Below, in pieces: positions 44,101 to 54,400 of a DNA stretch of 64,000 bases. Positions within the stretch are counted from its first letter, which is position 1; each line of letters begins with the position of its first letter. The notes under the pieces were generated by a model, which saw only the letters and a list, made by a program, of their open reading frames with translations, was not told the DNA's origin and did not search any database. A program made the translations under genes and the position numbers. Source of the stretch: Blastocladiella emersonii ATCC 22665 (Eukaryota > Fungi > Blastocladiomycota); NCBI GenBank assembly GCA_025594325.1, contig JANHCV010000010.1, positions 248,001 through 312,000 on the forward strand. The letters are read 5' to 3'.

Positions 44101-44871
44101 TCGACCGGCGGTCCGCGGCGCTGCGCGCGCTCGGGACCTGGCAGGCGCGCGTGTCGCAGGACCCCGCCCTCCCCGCCGCGCACTGGGCCACGCTCGTCGA
44201 CGCGCCCGAGTTCTGGGACCGCGCGGTCCTGTACAAGTGTCTCCTGCTCCCCGTCACGTGGAAGAACACGCTCCGGCTCCTGTGCGAGATCGCCAACGCG
44301 CCGCCCAGCCGCGTCCCGCCCGCGCGCCGCGAGGCGTTTTTGGGGAGGGTTGACCGCGAGCTCGGGAACCAGATCGACTCGATCGCCGACCACGCCGCGC
44401 AGCTCGGACACGCCGACGTGCTCAACCGCGCGAGCCAACTCCTCGCGCTGCTTGCGGAGGTCGTCGAGTGTCGCGCCGGCGACGCGGACGGGTTTTGGGG
44501 TATGGTCAATGCCGCGGTCGCGCGCGCGGGGTTGCCGCCGGTACATTTTCTCGCGTTTCCCTTACTCGTCCTCTCGCTGATCCACCCCCGCAACCGCGTA
44601 GCGCCCCGAGGGCTCCGTCGCCGACACCCTGCAAGCGACGCGCCACTTTGCCGTGACCCAGATCCGCACGCTCGTCGCCCGGTTCCCCGCCCATCTCGGC
44701 ATCGCGAGTGCGCGCGTCCCGCACGCAAACCGCGCGTGGCTACTGCAGAAGCTCGGCGAAATGCGCGAGGACGTCCATCTCGCGGCGTCCGCTGACGAGG
44801 TCGAGACGTGTCTCGTGCTGCTCCAGACGGGCAGCGAGGCGGGGGCTGAGGCGGGGCGAGCGGAGGTGTGA
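41115..44871 (+). CDS. RLF2: chromatin assembly factor 1 large subunit (Cac1/p150) with long C-terminal extension, multi-exon
   Basis: KER helix, PIP-like SIMGMF, KLLQF..RRPAYWGTW, DYDYDSEAEWEE plus acidic ED stretch, and WHD (FPEEHILKFIR|MVHG..KEKR..CFYV..VL). Exons splice in frame to TGA at 44871. The 5' exons are less certain. Confidence 0.85.
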
Positions 44872-45290
44872 GGTAGAGGGGAGGGATGTGTACGGAATAT
44901 AGGAGAACGTATTTGTGTAATCTGCACTTTCAAAGCCTTGTGGTTTGCGTGCAGCAGACCGCGCCCGCGCGGCACTAACCGCTAAGGACAGAGAGGCTTA
45001 CCGTACACGAGATTTAGCGAACGGCAGTATCCCTCGTACCAACATTCAACGTCGTACGGCAAGAAGGATTAGACGACGCTCTTCACTGGTGGAGTCGAGC
45101 CGAAGCAGACTCGAGGCGAAAGGCGAGGAGATGAGAGACGCGTCGATCAATCATGTGGCTGGTCAGGTGATGTTCATATTCGCAGTTCCATCAGCCCCGC
45201 CGTTAGGGGTGACGCCGTCCGCTCTTGTCTCCGTCTGACCGCCTCTCCACCCTCCTCCCCCGGTCGCAACACAACGTAGCCTCATGCAAC

Positions 45291-47102
45291 ATGTTCGAAG
45301 CTATTCATCTGCCTAAGGTCATCGAGCGGATTCTGGTCCACGCCATCGCGCAGCACGACGACCCCTCGGACCAGGCCGGGCTCCTCGAGTACGCGCGGGT
45401 CCTGCCCCGGGCCCTCGCCCCGAGCATCGACCGCGCCCTCTTGATGCACTCCACGTACCTCTCGCTTGACGCAGCGACCGCGCGCGGCGACTTTGTCGTT
45501 CTCAACAAGTGGGCAGCCCTCGGCGTCCCGCTCGAGTGCCCGCGCGAGGGCCTCAAGGCCGCCATCTATGCGCGTCACCTCGCGGTGCTCGAGTGGTGGC
45601 CTGCCTCGGGCGCGTTCAAGATTGACGACGCGTTCCGGCACTTGCTCGAGCAGTGCGGGGCCGACGGAAAGATCTTTGTCGCTTTCGGCGTACGCCCCAT
45701 TATCACCGATATCGATGGCTCCGACGCTGGTTCAGTCGTCTTTCCTGGCAACGTGCTTCCCGTCGATGCGGACTTTGATCAGATCTGCGCCAATATCGCT
45801 GCTGGCTCCGTGGACGAGCTGTTGATCAACGAAAAGCGCATCTCGACGGCCGGGATCGACGCGCTCAACGCCGCCATGGCGAGCCCCAACCAGGTGCTCG
45901 AATCGGTCAAGATTTCTTCCTGCACGCTGGACCTCCCGCGGCTTCTCGCTCTTCGCCTCCCTTCGTCGCTGCGCGCCGTCGACGTCGATTGCTACTGGCT
46001 CGGCGACCTCCCGCTCCCACGGCCCGCCCAGCCGACGCCGGTGCCCTGGCCCGTCGGTCTCACCTCGCTCACCCTCACGGACCTCAACTTTTCGCCGGTC
46101 GAGCTGATGGACGTGTTCCCGTACCTTCTTGGCAGCCTCCCTGCCACGCTCGAGGAGCTCGAGCTTTCCCGCTGCCCGCTTGACGACGCTGCCGCCCAAG
46201 AACTTGCGCGTGTCGTCCCGTCGACTCTTCAGGCGCTCCGCTTGTTTGGGGTCCAGTTGACCTGCGCGGGCTTCGCCTCGACGCTGCTCCATCTTCCGAG
46301 TTCGCTTCGTGAGCTCGCCGTTCAATTTATGCCCTCCGAAAGCGGTACGATTCCAGTTGGAGTCATGGACGCGCCACTCCCGGCTCGCGCTCTGGGCCTC
46401 GTTTCGCTGATCATCTCCGAGCACGAGCTAACCCCTCAGCTCTACCAGGGGCTCGGCTCGTTCCGCTTTGAGTCGCTCAGAGAGCTTGAAATCAACTGCT
46501 TTGACGTCGGTCCGGCGGAGGTCGACACGGTCGCCTCGATCGTGACCATGTTCCCTGCGGCCGGTCTCGAATCTCTCGCGATTGGTGGTCGCGGCTTTTC
46601 GCGCGACGGAGTCAACGCGCTGCTCCCGCACCTCCCTCGCTCGCTCACCGCCCTTATCCTCCAAGGTTCCGATCTCGGTCTCCAGGGCGCCGAGCTGCTT
46701 GCCGCTCACATGCCTCCCGGTCTCCGCGAGTTGATCGCGTGCAAGACGAACCTTGACGACTTGGCGACCGCTGCGCTTGCACCGGCGCTTCCGCTCTCGC
46801 TCACGTTCTTGAACCTCAAGTCGAACGCCCTGGGGGATGACGGCGCGCGCGCGCTTGCCGCTCACTATCCGCGCAACCTCAGTGAGCTTATCCTGTCGTC
46901 CAACCAAGTCACGCCTGCTGGCGAGGCCGCGATTCGAGCTGCCGCTGGGCCCGGGTCGGCCATGGTTATCACCAACATTCCTGCCCCGGACTTTGGCTTT
47001 GGAGACAACCCCCCCATCAACATGAACAACCTGAACTTGAACGACCTACAGGCTCTTCTTCCTGGCTTCGACTTTGGGAACCTTCCTCCCCCCGGACCCT
47101 GA
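45291..47102 (+). CDS. F-box-like / ankyrin-like / RNI-type LRR protein, copy 1 (intronless)
   Basis: IHLPKVIERIL N-terminus; ARGDFVVLNKWAALG..AAIYARHLAVLEWW ankyrin-like units; LP.SL..L.L..N.LGD.GA..LA repeats. Confidence 0.85.
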   Translation: MFEAIHLPKVIERILVHAIAQHDDPSDQAGLLEYARVLPRALAPSIDRALLMHSTYLSLDAATARGDFVVLNKWAALGVPLECPREGLKAAIYARHLAVLEWWPASGAFKIDDAFRHLLEQCGADGKIFVAFGVRPIITDIDGSDAGSVVFPGNVLPVDADFDQICANIAAGSVDELLINEKRISTAGIDALNAAMASPNQVLESVKISSCTLDLPRLLALRLPSSLRAVDVDCYWLGDLPLPRPAQPTPVPWPVGLTSLTLTDLNFSPVELMDVFPYLLGSLPATLEELELSRCPLDDAAAQELARVVPSTLQALRLFGVQLTCAGFASTLLHLPSSLRELAVQFMPSESGTIPVGVMDAPLPARALGLVSLIISEHELTPQLYQGLGSFRFESLRELEINCFDVGPAEVDTVASIVTMFPAAGLESLAIGGRGFSRDGVNALLPHLPRSLTALILQGSDLGLQGAELLAAHMPPGLRELIACKTNLDDLATAALAPALPLSLTFLNLKSNALGDDGARALAAHYPRNLSELILSSNQVTPAGEAAIRAAAGPGSAMVITNIPAPDFGFGDNPPINMNNLNLNDLQALLPGFDFGNLPPPGP

Positions 47103-47620
47103 GTTTTCGATTAAGTTGCTTGTGTTCGCGAGTTCCCTCCACATTTTGTTGTTGCTCATCTGCTCATTTGCTCGTTGCTCGTTTCTAAATGTGTTTGATT
47201 TCTTAGCTCATCTGTTTGCACGCTCGTCAAGCATGTCGCGATGGGTCTTTATGAGCGACGGGCGCAAACGGCCAATCGGCTGGTTTGACATGGCGCAGCT
47301 CCACGCGTCGCGACCCGCGGACTCCCGTCGCTTGCGATCGACGCCCTACTCGCAAGTGCGAAAAGCTCCGTTGTTGTGGCGGCCTAAGTCGTCGTCCTCC
47401 ACGCGAGAAGTTCGGCATGATAGGGCTGTTACATTGGCGCGAAGGGGTCGTTGGCAAGCGCGGCCAGGGTCGCGGACATCGTGAGATGCGTCGGAATATC
47501 ATGTGAGGCGGCAGGTCGGGAGAGTCGCGCAAAAAGCGAAGTGAGTCGGCGGCTCCCTTCGACGCGCCGATCCCGGATGAAGCTTCACCCGCACTGAGCG
47601 CAACGTAAACTCCATGCAAA

Positions 47621-49309
47621 ATGCTCAGGGCTATTCATGTCCCGGAGATCATCGAGCGGATTCTTGTTTATGCGATTGAGCAGCACGACGACCCGGACGA
47701 TCCTGCCGGTCTGCTCGAGTATGCTCGCGTCTTGCCGCGGTCTCTTGCCCCACGCGTCGAGCGTGCTCTTTTAAAGCGTGCCGAGCATCTCTCTCCTGAC
47801 GGAGCGACTTGGCGTGGCAATATGGTCGCGCTCAACAAGTGGGCGGCGCTCGGTGTCCCGCTCACCTGCTCGCTGGATGCCCTTGCGGCCGCCATCAACG
47901 AACGCAACCTTGAGATGCTTGAATGGTGGCGCTCCATGGGCTCGCTCAATATCAACGAGCTCAAGTTGTGGTTGGACGAAACCGAAGCTGAGACGGATGC
48001 GTACGTAGCCCTAGGAGTCGAGCCGAATACGTACGGAGCCCTCGGTATCAATCCTGCTGGCGGCAACGGCAACGATCCGGCTGTTGTGGACAAGGGTCTC
48101 GATGAACTTAGTTCCAAGATTGCGTCCGGGTCCGTGGTCGAACTCAACGTCTTCGCCAAGGCCATTTCCATGGCCGGCGTCGATGCCCTAAACGTTGCTA
48201 TGGCGAGCCCAAACCAGGCGGTTCGCTCTATCGTCTGCAACTCCTGCACGCTGGACCTTCCGCGACTTCTTGCAATGCGGCTGCCTTCTTCGCTGCGTAT
48301 GGCCAAGTTCTCGGGACAATGGTTCGGCTCGGTACCTTCCTCGTCCTCTCGAGATCAATTGGTGCCTATGACCTGGCCCTCTGGTCTCGAGTTGCTCTCT
48401 TTCTCGTCTGCCCGTTTGAACGCCGTAATCCCTTATCTCTTTCGGGCTCTCCCAGAGACGCTTCAAGCTTTGAGCGTGCGGTATTGCTCACTTGACGACG
48501 ATGCAGTGAAAGAGCTCGTCTGCGCTCTACCCTTATCCCTTCGAAAACTCGAGCTGCAAGGGAACCGGCTCAGCGTTCCGGGTTACACGTCCATCGCAGG
48601 CTTGTTCCCAGCCTTGCTTCAAGAGCTGTCGCTTGGTCATGTGTGGGGAAACATTAGCTCCGCGAGTAACCAGCAGCCAGACACTTTGGTTTCAACACAT
48701 GCGAAGGTTCTTCCGTCGAGCCTTGTTACGATCTCTCTTTCTGGCTACAAGCTGACAACTGCAATGCTCGACACGTTTGGCACCGATCCGCGTCCCTTGC
48801 TTCGGAGTCTCACTCTCAACTTTGATCCAAGAGGAACTCCGGAGAGCGATGCGGTTGCATCACTTGCTCGCGCGCTTCCTCAAGGCCTGTTGACCTTTGC
48901 CGCACACTCGTGCAATTTTGCGCGCTCGGGCATCCTCGAGCTGATGCCGCGACTCCCGCGCTCGCTCACCCGTTTTGAATTGACCTACTGTGACGTGGGC
49001 TCCGAGGGTGCCGAACTGCTGGCCCTCAACATGCCGCCTGAATTGAAGGACTTGACTCTCTTCCAGGCAAGCCTGGATGACTCGGCCATCGCAGCGCTCG
49101 CTCTAGCTCTCCCGCCTACGCTTGACCGCTTGGGATTGGCAGCAAACAACTTCACCGATTTGGGAGCAACGACGCTTGCCAGGCACCTGCCTGCTCGCCT
49201 TGAGTTTCTTGCTGTCTCGCGCAAGAACGTGTCTCAAGCTGGAGAGGCCACACTCAATGCCGCAAGACTGAATCCAGCTTTGGTTGTACTCGTCGACGAG
49301 CATCTCTAA
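47621..49309 (+). CDS. F-box-like / ankyrin-like / RNI-type LRR protein, copy 2 (tandem paralog)
   Basis: N-terminus nearly identical to copy 1 (AIHVPEIIERIL..HDDP.D.AGLLEYARVLPR); same CATGCAA-ATG start context; LRRs. Confidence 0.85.
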   Translation: MLRAIHVPEIIERILVYAIEQHDDPDDPAGLLEYARVLPRSLAPRVERALLKRAEHLSPDGATWRGNMVALNKWAALGVPLTCSLDALAAAINERNLEMLEWWRSMGSLNINELKLWLDETEAETDAYVALGVEPNTYGALGINPAGGNGNDPAVVDKGLDELSSKIASGSVVELNVFAKAISMAGVDALNVAMASPNQAVRSIVCNSCTLDLPRLLAMRLPSSLRMAKFSGQWFGSVPSSSSRDQLVPMTWPSGLELLSFSSARLNAVIPYLFRALPETLQALSVRYCSLDDDAVKELVCALPLSLRKLELQGNRLSVPGYTSIAGLFPALLQELSLGHVWGNISSASNQQPDTLVSTHAKVLPSSLVTISLSGYKLTTAMLDTFGTDPRPLLRSLTLNFDPRGTPESDAVASLARALPQGLLTFAAHSCNFARSGILELMPRLPRSLTRFELTYCDVGSEGAELLALNMPPELKDLTLFQASLDDSAIAALALALPPTLDRLGLAANNFTDLGATTLARHLPARLEFLAVSRKNVSQAGEATLNAARLNPALVVLVDEHL

Positions 49310-49578
49310 TCCCAACCTGCAGCCTATCCTTTTTCACGAGGGCGACTGTTTGCCGGCCCTGCGCGGATGCCATGATTCACCATCGGTTGCCTTTCCGTGC
49401 GTCAAACATCAATATCAATATATATCCTGTTTCTTTCTTTGATCTCATTGCGTGAGCTAGTGCCTCGGAGTCCTCTCTTTGTCCGTTCGCATCGACATAA
49501 TCCCCCAACACGACGGCTTGAGGAAGCCATTTGCGTGATTCTAAAGAAACAACTCTACTTTGTCTGAATTCGGACGTT

Positions 49579-50442
49579 TTAGATGCTCGCGATGAAATCC
49601 TCGAGCGTGCGACGCTTGTACCCGGGGACGACATGCACGTCGGACCCGACCGTGAAGAACCCGACCCCCCACTTTTTGCGGAGCAGCGGCGCCAGCGCAA
49701 AGTCGCTCGTCTTGATCTCGTCGTCGACGTCAGCCAGCGACTGCACCGTCACCGTGGGCGCAACGCCGCCGTGTTTCTTGGCGAGCGCGGCCGCGATCTG
49801 GTCGCCGTTGGCCACGACCTCGCTCACGCCGATGGCGCGGCCCGCCAGCTCGGCCGCGGGCGTCGCCGCGAACAGCGACGCGTACGCCGCGGCAATGTAC
49901 GCCGTCGAGCTGAGCGCGACCGAGTGCGTGCGCGCGTCGTCGCCCACGAGGTGCAGCTTGTTGCCCTTGACGTCGATGCCGATGAACGGCGTCGCGAGGC
50001 AGTACTCGGTGAACCCGCCCATCAGCACCACCGCGAACGGGACCCCTGCAGCCCTGAGGGCCTCATCGACGCGCCCCTTCTCTTCGAGCAGCCCGAACGC
50101 GCGGCGCTCGTGCGGCGTGTACAGCACGGCGAGGTCCGACGGCACGAACAGCTTGACGCCGGCGGCCTTGATGGCGGGGATCAGGTCGATCTGCGCGGCG
50201 ATGCCCGGCGCGCCGACCGTGGACAGCAGAATGTCGACGCCCGCGAGCGCCTTGGTGAGGGCGGCCGTGTCGGCGAAATCGACCTCGACGGCCTCGACGT
50301 TGGCGGGCAGGCCCGAGGCGTCCGAGCCGGGGCGGTGCAGGACCTTGACCTTGGGGTGGGCGGACGACGCGGCGAGGGCCTCGACGATGGGTTTGCCGGC
50401 GAGGCCGCGGTGGCCGATCAGAGCAATGGTGTTGGTGGTCAT
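49579..50442 (-). CDS. NmrA-like / isoflavone-reductase-like NAD(P)-binding protein
   Basis: IALIGHRGLAGKPIV Rossmann motif, VDFAD..AL.GVD..LSTVG, AAGVKLFVPSD and K..V.EAL. Confidence 0.85.
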   Translation of the reverse strand: MTTNTIALIGHRGLAGKPIVEALAASSAHPKVKVLHRPGSDASGLPANVEAVEVDFADTAALTKALAGVDILLSTVGAPGIAAQIDLIPAIKAAGVKLFVPSDLAVLYTPHERRAFGLLEEKGRVDEALRAAGVPFAVVLMGGFTEYCLATPFIGIDVKGNKLHLVGDDARTHSVALSSTAYIAAAYASLFAATPAAELAGRAIGVSEVVANGDQIAAALAKKHGGVAPTVTVQSLADVDDEIKTSDFALAPLLRKKWGVGFFTVGSDVHVVPGYKRRTLEDFIASI

Positions 50443-51412
50443 TTTGAGTGTGTTGGTGTGTTTGATGTGTGAGGGGTGAGGTTCAGAGTTGGGAGTGGCG
50501 GGCGCGCCGCTCTTTTGTACTCGCAGCCGTGGACAGCGTGCGCGCGCGGTTCATGCTGAGGTGAGGTGAGGTGAGGTTAGCACGCCATTTCCGTGTGCAG
50601 CACCATAAGCGACGGGTTTGGTGATGCTGACCTGATCAGCGTTGCGTCAGCGCGCGTGTCAGCCTCGCGCCCGCGCTTCCCAAAATTAGCCTCAGCCACT
50701 TGATCGCGTCAGCACGCGCTGCGCCACAGTTGCTCGCTGAAGAAAGGCTCGCGTCTCGCCTTTGGAGATTCTGCACCGCGAGCGACTCAGCGATGTCCTT
50801 GTCGCATGACCGGAACCTGAAGACGCTGAACACGAGCCTGACCGTCGCTTTCATTTTAGTGGTTGAGCGTGATCCTGCTCACGAGTCGCCACACATGGCT
50901 CGATAGTCGCAGAATGCCGAGCCGAGGAGAAGGGCAGCGGAGCCAATCGCGAGAAATTGTGCGTCTCGTCAGGGCATGTTCGCGCCGCGCGCATCACCCA
51001 CCCCGGGAGACGGGGGTCCAGCCCTCGATCAATCGATCCGCTCATGTTGCTCGCGGTGGTCGCGTGCGCTGCCTCGCAGCCGAAATCGCGTCTCGCACCG
51101 TCCCGCAGCGACATCACGTGCGCGACGCGTCGCGCGACGCGCCTGCCCGGAAGTTCAGGGCGGCCACACGTCTCCCCCCTTCCCTCAGACCTCGCGCTTC
51201 TGCTCGATCGCCCAGTGGCCGAAACGCGTCCTCGGCCCCGGCTTCGAATCGCGAACGTGGTCTCCGTGGGCCCTCGATGAAACTTTGCATTCGCTCGATT
51301 ACACACAGGCCCGAGGCCACGAAAATAACCGCAACCAACGCATCCGCCCTCACACCGAGCACTGGCTGCATCGGCTTCGACTGCACTCTGAACCTGCACT
51401 CCTTGCTCAATC

Positions 51413-54400
51413 ATGCCGAGCTACGAGGCCGTGGGCGGGACGCCCAACACGGGCACGGTCCGACGGCTCCGTGACGCCCTGTTCTTCGTACTCTACGTCA
51501 TGATGGGCCACAAGGAGTCGATCCGGCCCAACTACGCCAGTGGCGCTCTGCACATTGTCGCCGACTGGGTCCACTTTGCCGGGTTCATCCTCGGCGGGCA
51601 TCACTTCAACTTGTACGCTCCGCGCCCGATCCGCACCGCACCTCGACGCTGACACACGACGACCGACGTGTAGCGGCGCCCTCACCGACGCCTACGCGCA
51701 GATCGTCGTGTTCCTCCAGTTCCGGCTGCTGAACAAGGCCGAGATGCCGACCGTCGAGTTCATGGTCGCGTTCTGGGCCTTCGTGTTCCTGACTGCCGTC
51801 ATCGTCGGTATCACGACGCTCGTCGCCTTCGCCTTCACCAAGCGCGACTTCAAGCAGGTGTGGGCCATCAAGGTGCTCGCGCTGCTCGTCGCCGTCGTCA
51901 TCCGCGTGTTCGTCGTCTCGAGTCTGTCGACCATGCTGCTGCCGTGGTTCTGCGACCCGTCCACGCAGCGCGTCATCCAGTTCCATGGCGTCCAGTGCTA
52001 CTCGATCACGCAGGAGTGGCTCGCGCCCGCCGTTGCGGGTCTGCTCGCGACCGTCCTGCTCGTCCCGTTCCTGATCTGCAACGTCCTCACCAAGGTGTCG
52101 CTCCACTTCCCGCGCAACGAGCTGCTCGCGTGCAGCGTCACCTCGTTCAACCTGCTCAGCGTCGGCGCCATCGTCGTGTTCATCATCGAGGCCGAGTACC
52201 TCGGGATCGCCGTCCACGCGCCTGTGCTCGCTGCGGTCATCTACCTCGCGATCCTGATCCTGCTCGAGTACCACCTGCTGCAGACGCTGCCGTACCACCA
52301 CATGTCGACGACCAAGTGGCAGTCCTCCGCGACGACCTCGCTCATCTGGCTCGCCTTCTGCGCCCTCATCTCGACCGCGTCGCCCGACAACAAGTACCAC
52401 GAGAACCGCGCCATCGACTACGTCATGATCCTCGGGTTCCTGCCGTCGTGCGTCGTCGGGTACCGGCTCGCGACGGCGCGCATCCAGGTCGTGCAGCGGC
52501 TCAGCTACCTCGTGCAGATGGAGGCGGACGCGGTCGACGAGCCCGGTATGATCCGTCTCGGGTCCGCGCGGCCGACGATCCACATCACGGGCACGGGCAC
52601 GGGCGGCGGCGGAGGTGGCGGTGGCGGCATGGACGGGCTGCTTCGCGGCAGCCACATGGGTCTGTCCTCGGGAATGCATACCCCGAGCGGCAACAGCGAC
52701 ACTCTCAGCCCGCTCCGCGGCGGCGGCGGGGGCGGCTGTCCCGTCCTGCCGCGCCGCAGCTCGGTCAACATTGGCGCCAACGGCGGCGTGATGCGCCCGT
52801 CGGCCAACCATTTGCACGAGAAGTACCTCAACAACCCCTTCATCTCCGGCATGCTCGAGAGCGTGCACCACGTCGAGATCATTGGCCGGCTGCTGATCCG
52901 CCGCGGCGCGTTCCGGGCGGCCGAGGCATGGTACCGCGCCGCGCTGCGCATCCACGTCAACCACGTCCGCATCAGCATACTGTACTGCGCGCTCGCCGAC
53001 ACGATCCAGGCCGACCGCACGTCCGCGGGAGTCGACGGGCCCATGGGTTCGGCCACCGACGCGACGTCGTGGGACGTGATCCCGACGCTCTCGCCGTCGC
53101 TCACGTCGCAGTTCCAGCTCTTTTGCCGCGACATGGACCGCGAGCAGAAGTCGGCGACCAAGGACGTGATCAGCGGCACCGACAAGCTCGACCTGCTGCA
53201 GTACGTCGAGTTCCAGCGGTCGTACTCGGAGGCTAAGCGGTACCACGCCAAGTGCGTCGACTCGATCCAGCAATTCTGGATTCTCTTTCTGTCGCGCCGC
53301 GTCCAGTTCCAGTCCTTCTCTTCGGCCGTGCGCACCATCATCACCAACACGCGTCGGGCCGACGACTTTTACAAGCAGCTGCTCTCTCGCGTACGTGGCT
53401 ATACTGCGCATCGTGATCAGTGACGTGCTGACAAAACCTCTCCGTTTTGTAGTACCCCAAGGCGACGCACATTCTCTCGTCGTACGCCGGGTTCGCCAAG
53501 CTGGTGCTCAACGACACGGAGCTGGCTGAGACGTACTCGGGGCTGGCCGAGGCGGCGCGCATCCGCGACGAGGAGCTCGCCAAGGACGGCGCGGCCAGCG
53601 GCCAGGACGGTGGGACCGGCGCCTTCACCCAGTACTCGCGCAACGCCGTGGTCCAGATCAACGAGCACGGCACCATTGTCGAGGTCAACGGCGGCGCCCT
53701 CAAGACGTTTGGCTATCGGACCGCGCACGAGCTCAAGGAGCGGTACGTTTCCAACGTGACGCGATGATGAGCGACGATGAACGTGACTGACCTCGATGAC
53801 TCTCGCGTGTAGCAACATCAACATCCTGATCCCGCAGCCGTGGAAGGGCTTCCACGACGAGTTCCTCGAGCGTTTCCGGTCGACCAACATCAAGCGCATC
53901 ATCGGCGCCAAGCAGAGCATCTTCGGGCTGCACGCACAGGGCCACGCGTTCCCCATGGAGCTCATGGTCATGGAGATGAAGGGCACGCGTCGCCTGTTCG
54001 CCGGGCTCGTGACGGCGGTCCCCGAGGCCAACGATAAGACGGCCGTCATCCTGATCAACGCGCAGGGCATCATCCAGATGGCCAACAAGCGCGCATGCGC
54101 CATGTTTGACTACAAGCCGAACGAGATGGTCGGCAACAACGTGTCCATGATCATGGCCAAGGAGCACGCCGCGCAGCACGACGGGTACCTCGCGCGGTTC
54201 CTGCAGACAGGTAACGCGCGCGTCATCGGGCTGCCCGGGCGCAACCTCATGGGCGAGGACAAGAGCGGGCGGCCGGTGCCCATCTCGCTCAAGGTCGAGG
54301 AGGACATGATCAACGGCGAGGTCTTCTTCCGCGGCACCATGATCGACACGCGCGATCTCGTGGCCGAGGTGTTCGTCAGCTCGCTCGACGGCACGATCCG

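Noticed and set aside
50555-50580. (GTGAG)n run resembling a telomere-like repeat
   Set aside because: Only about 4 units; a simple microsatellite in a promoter.
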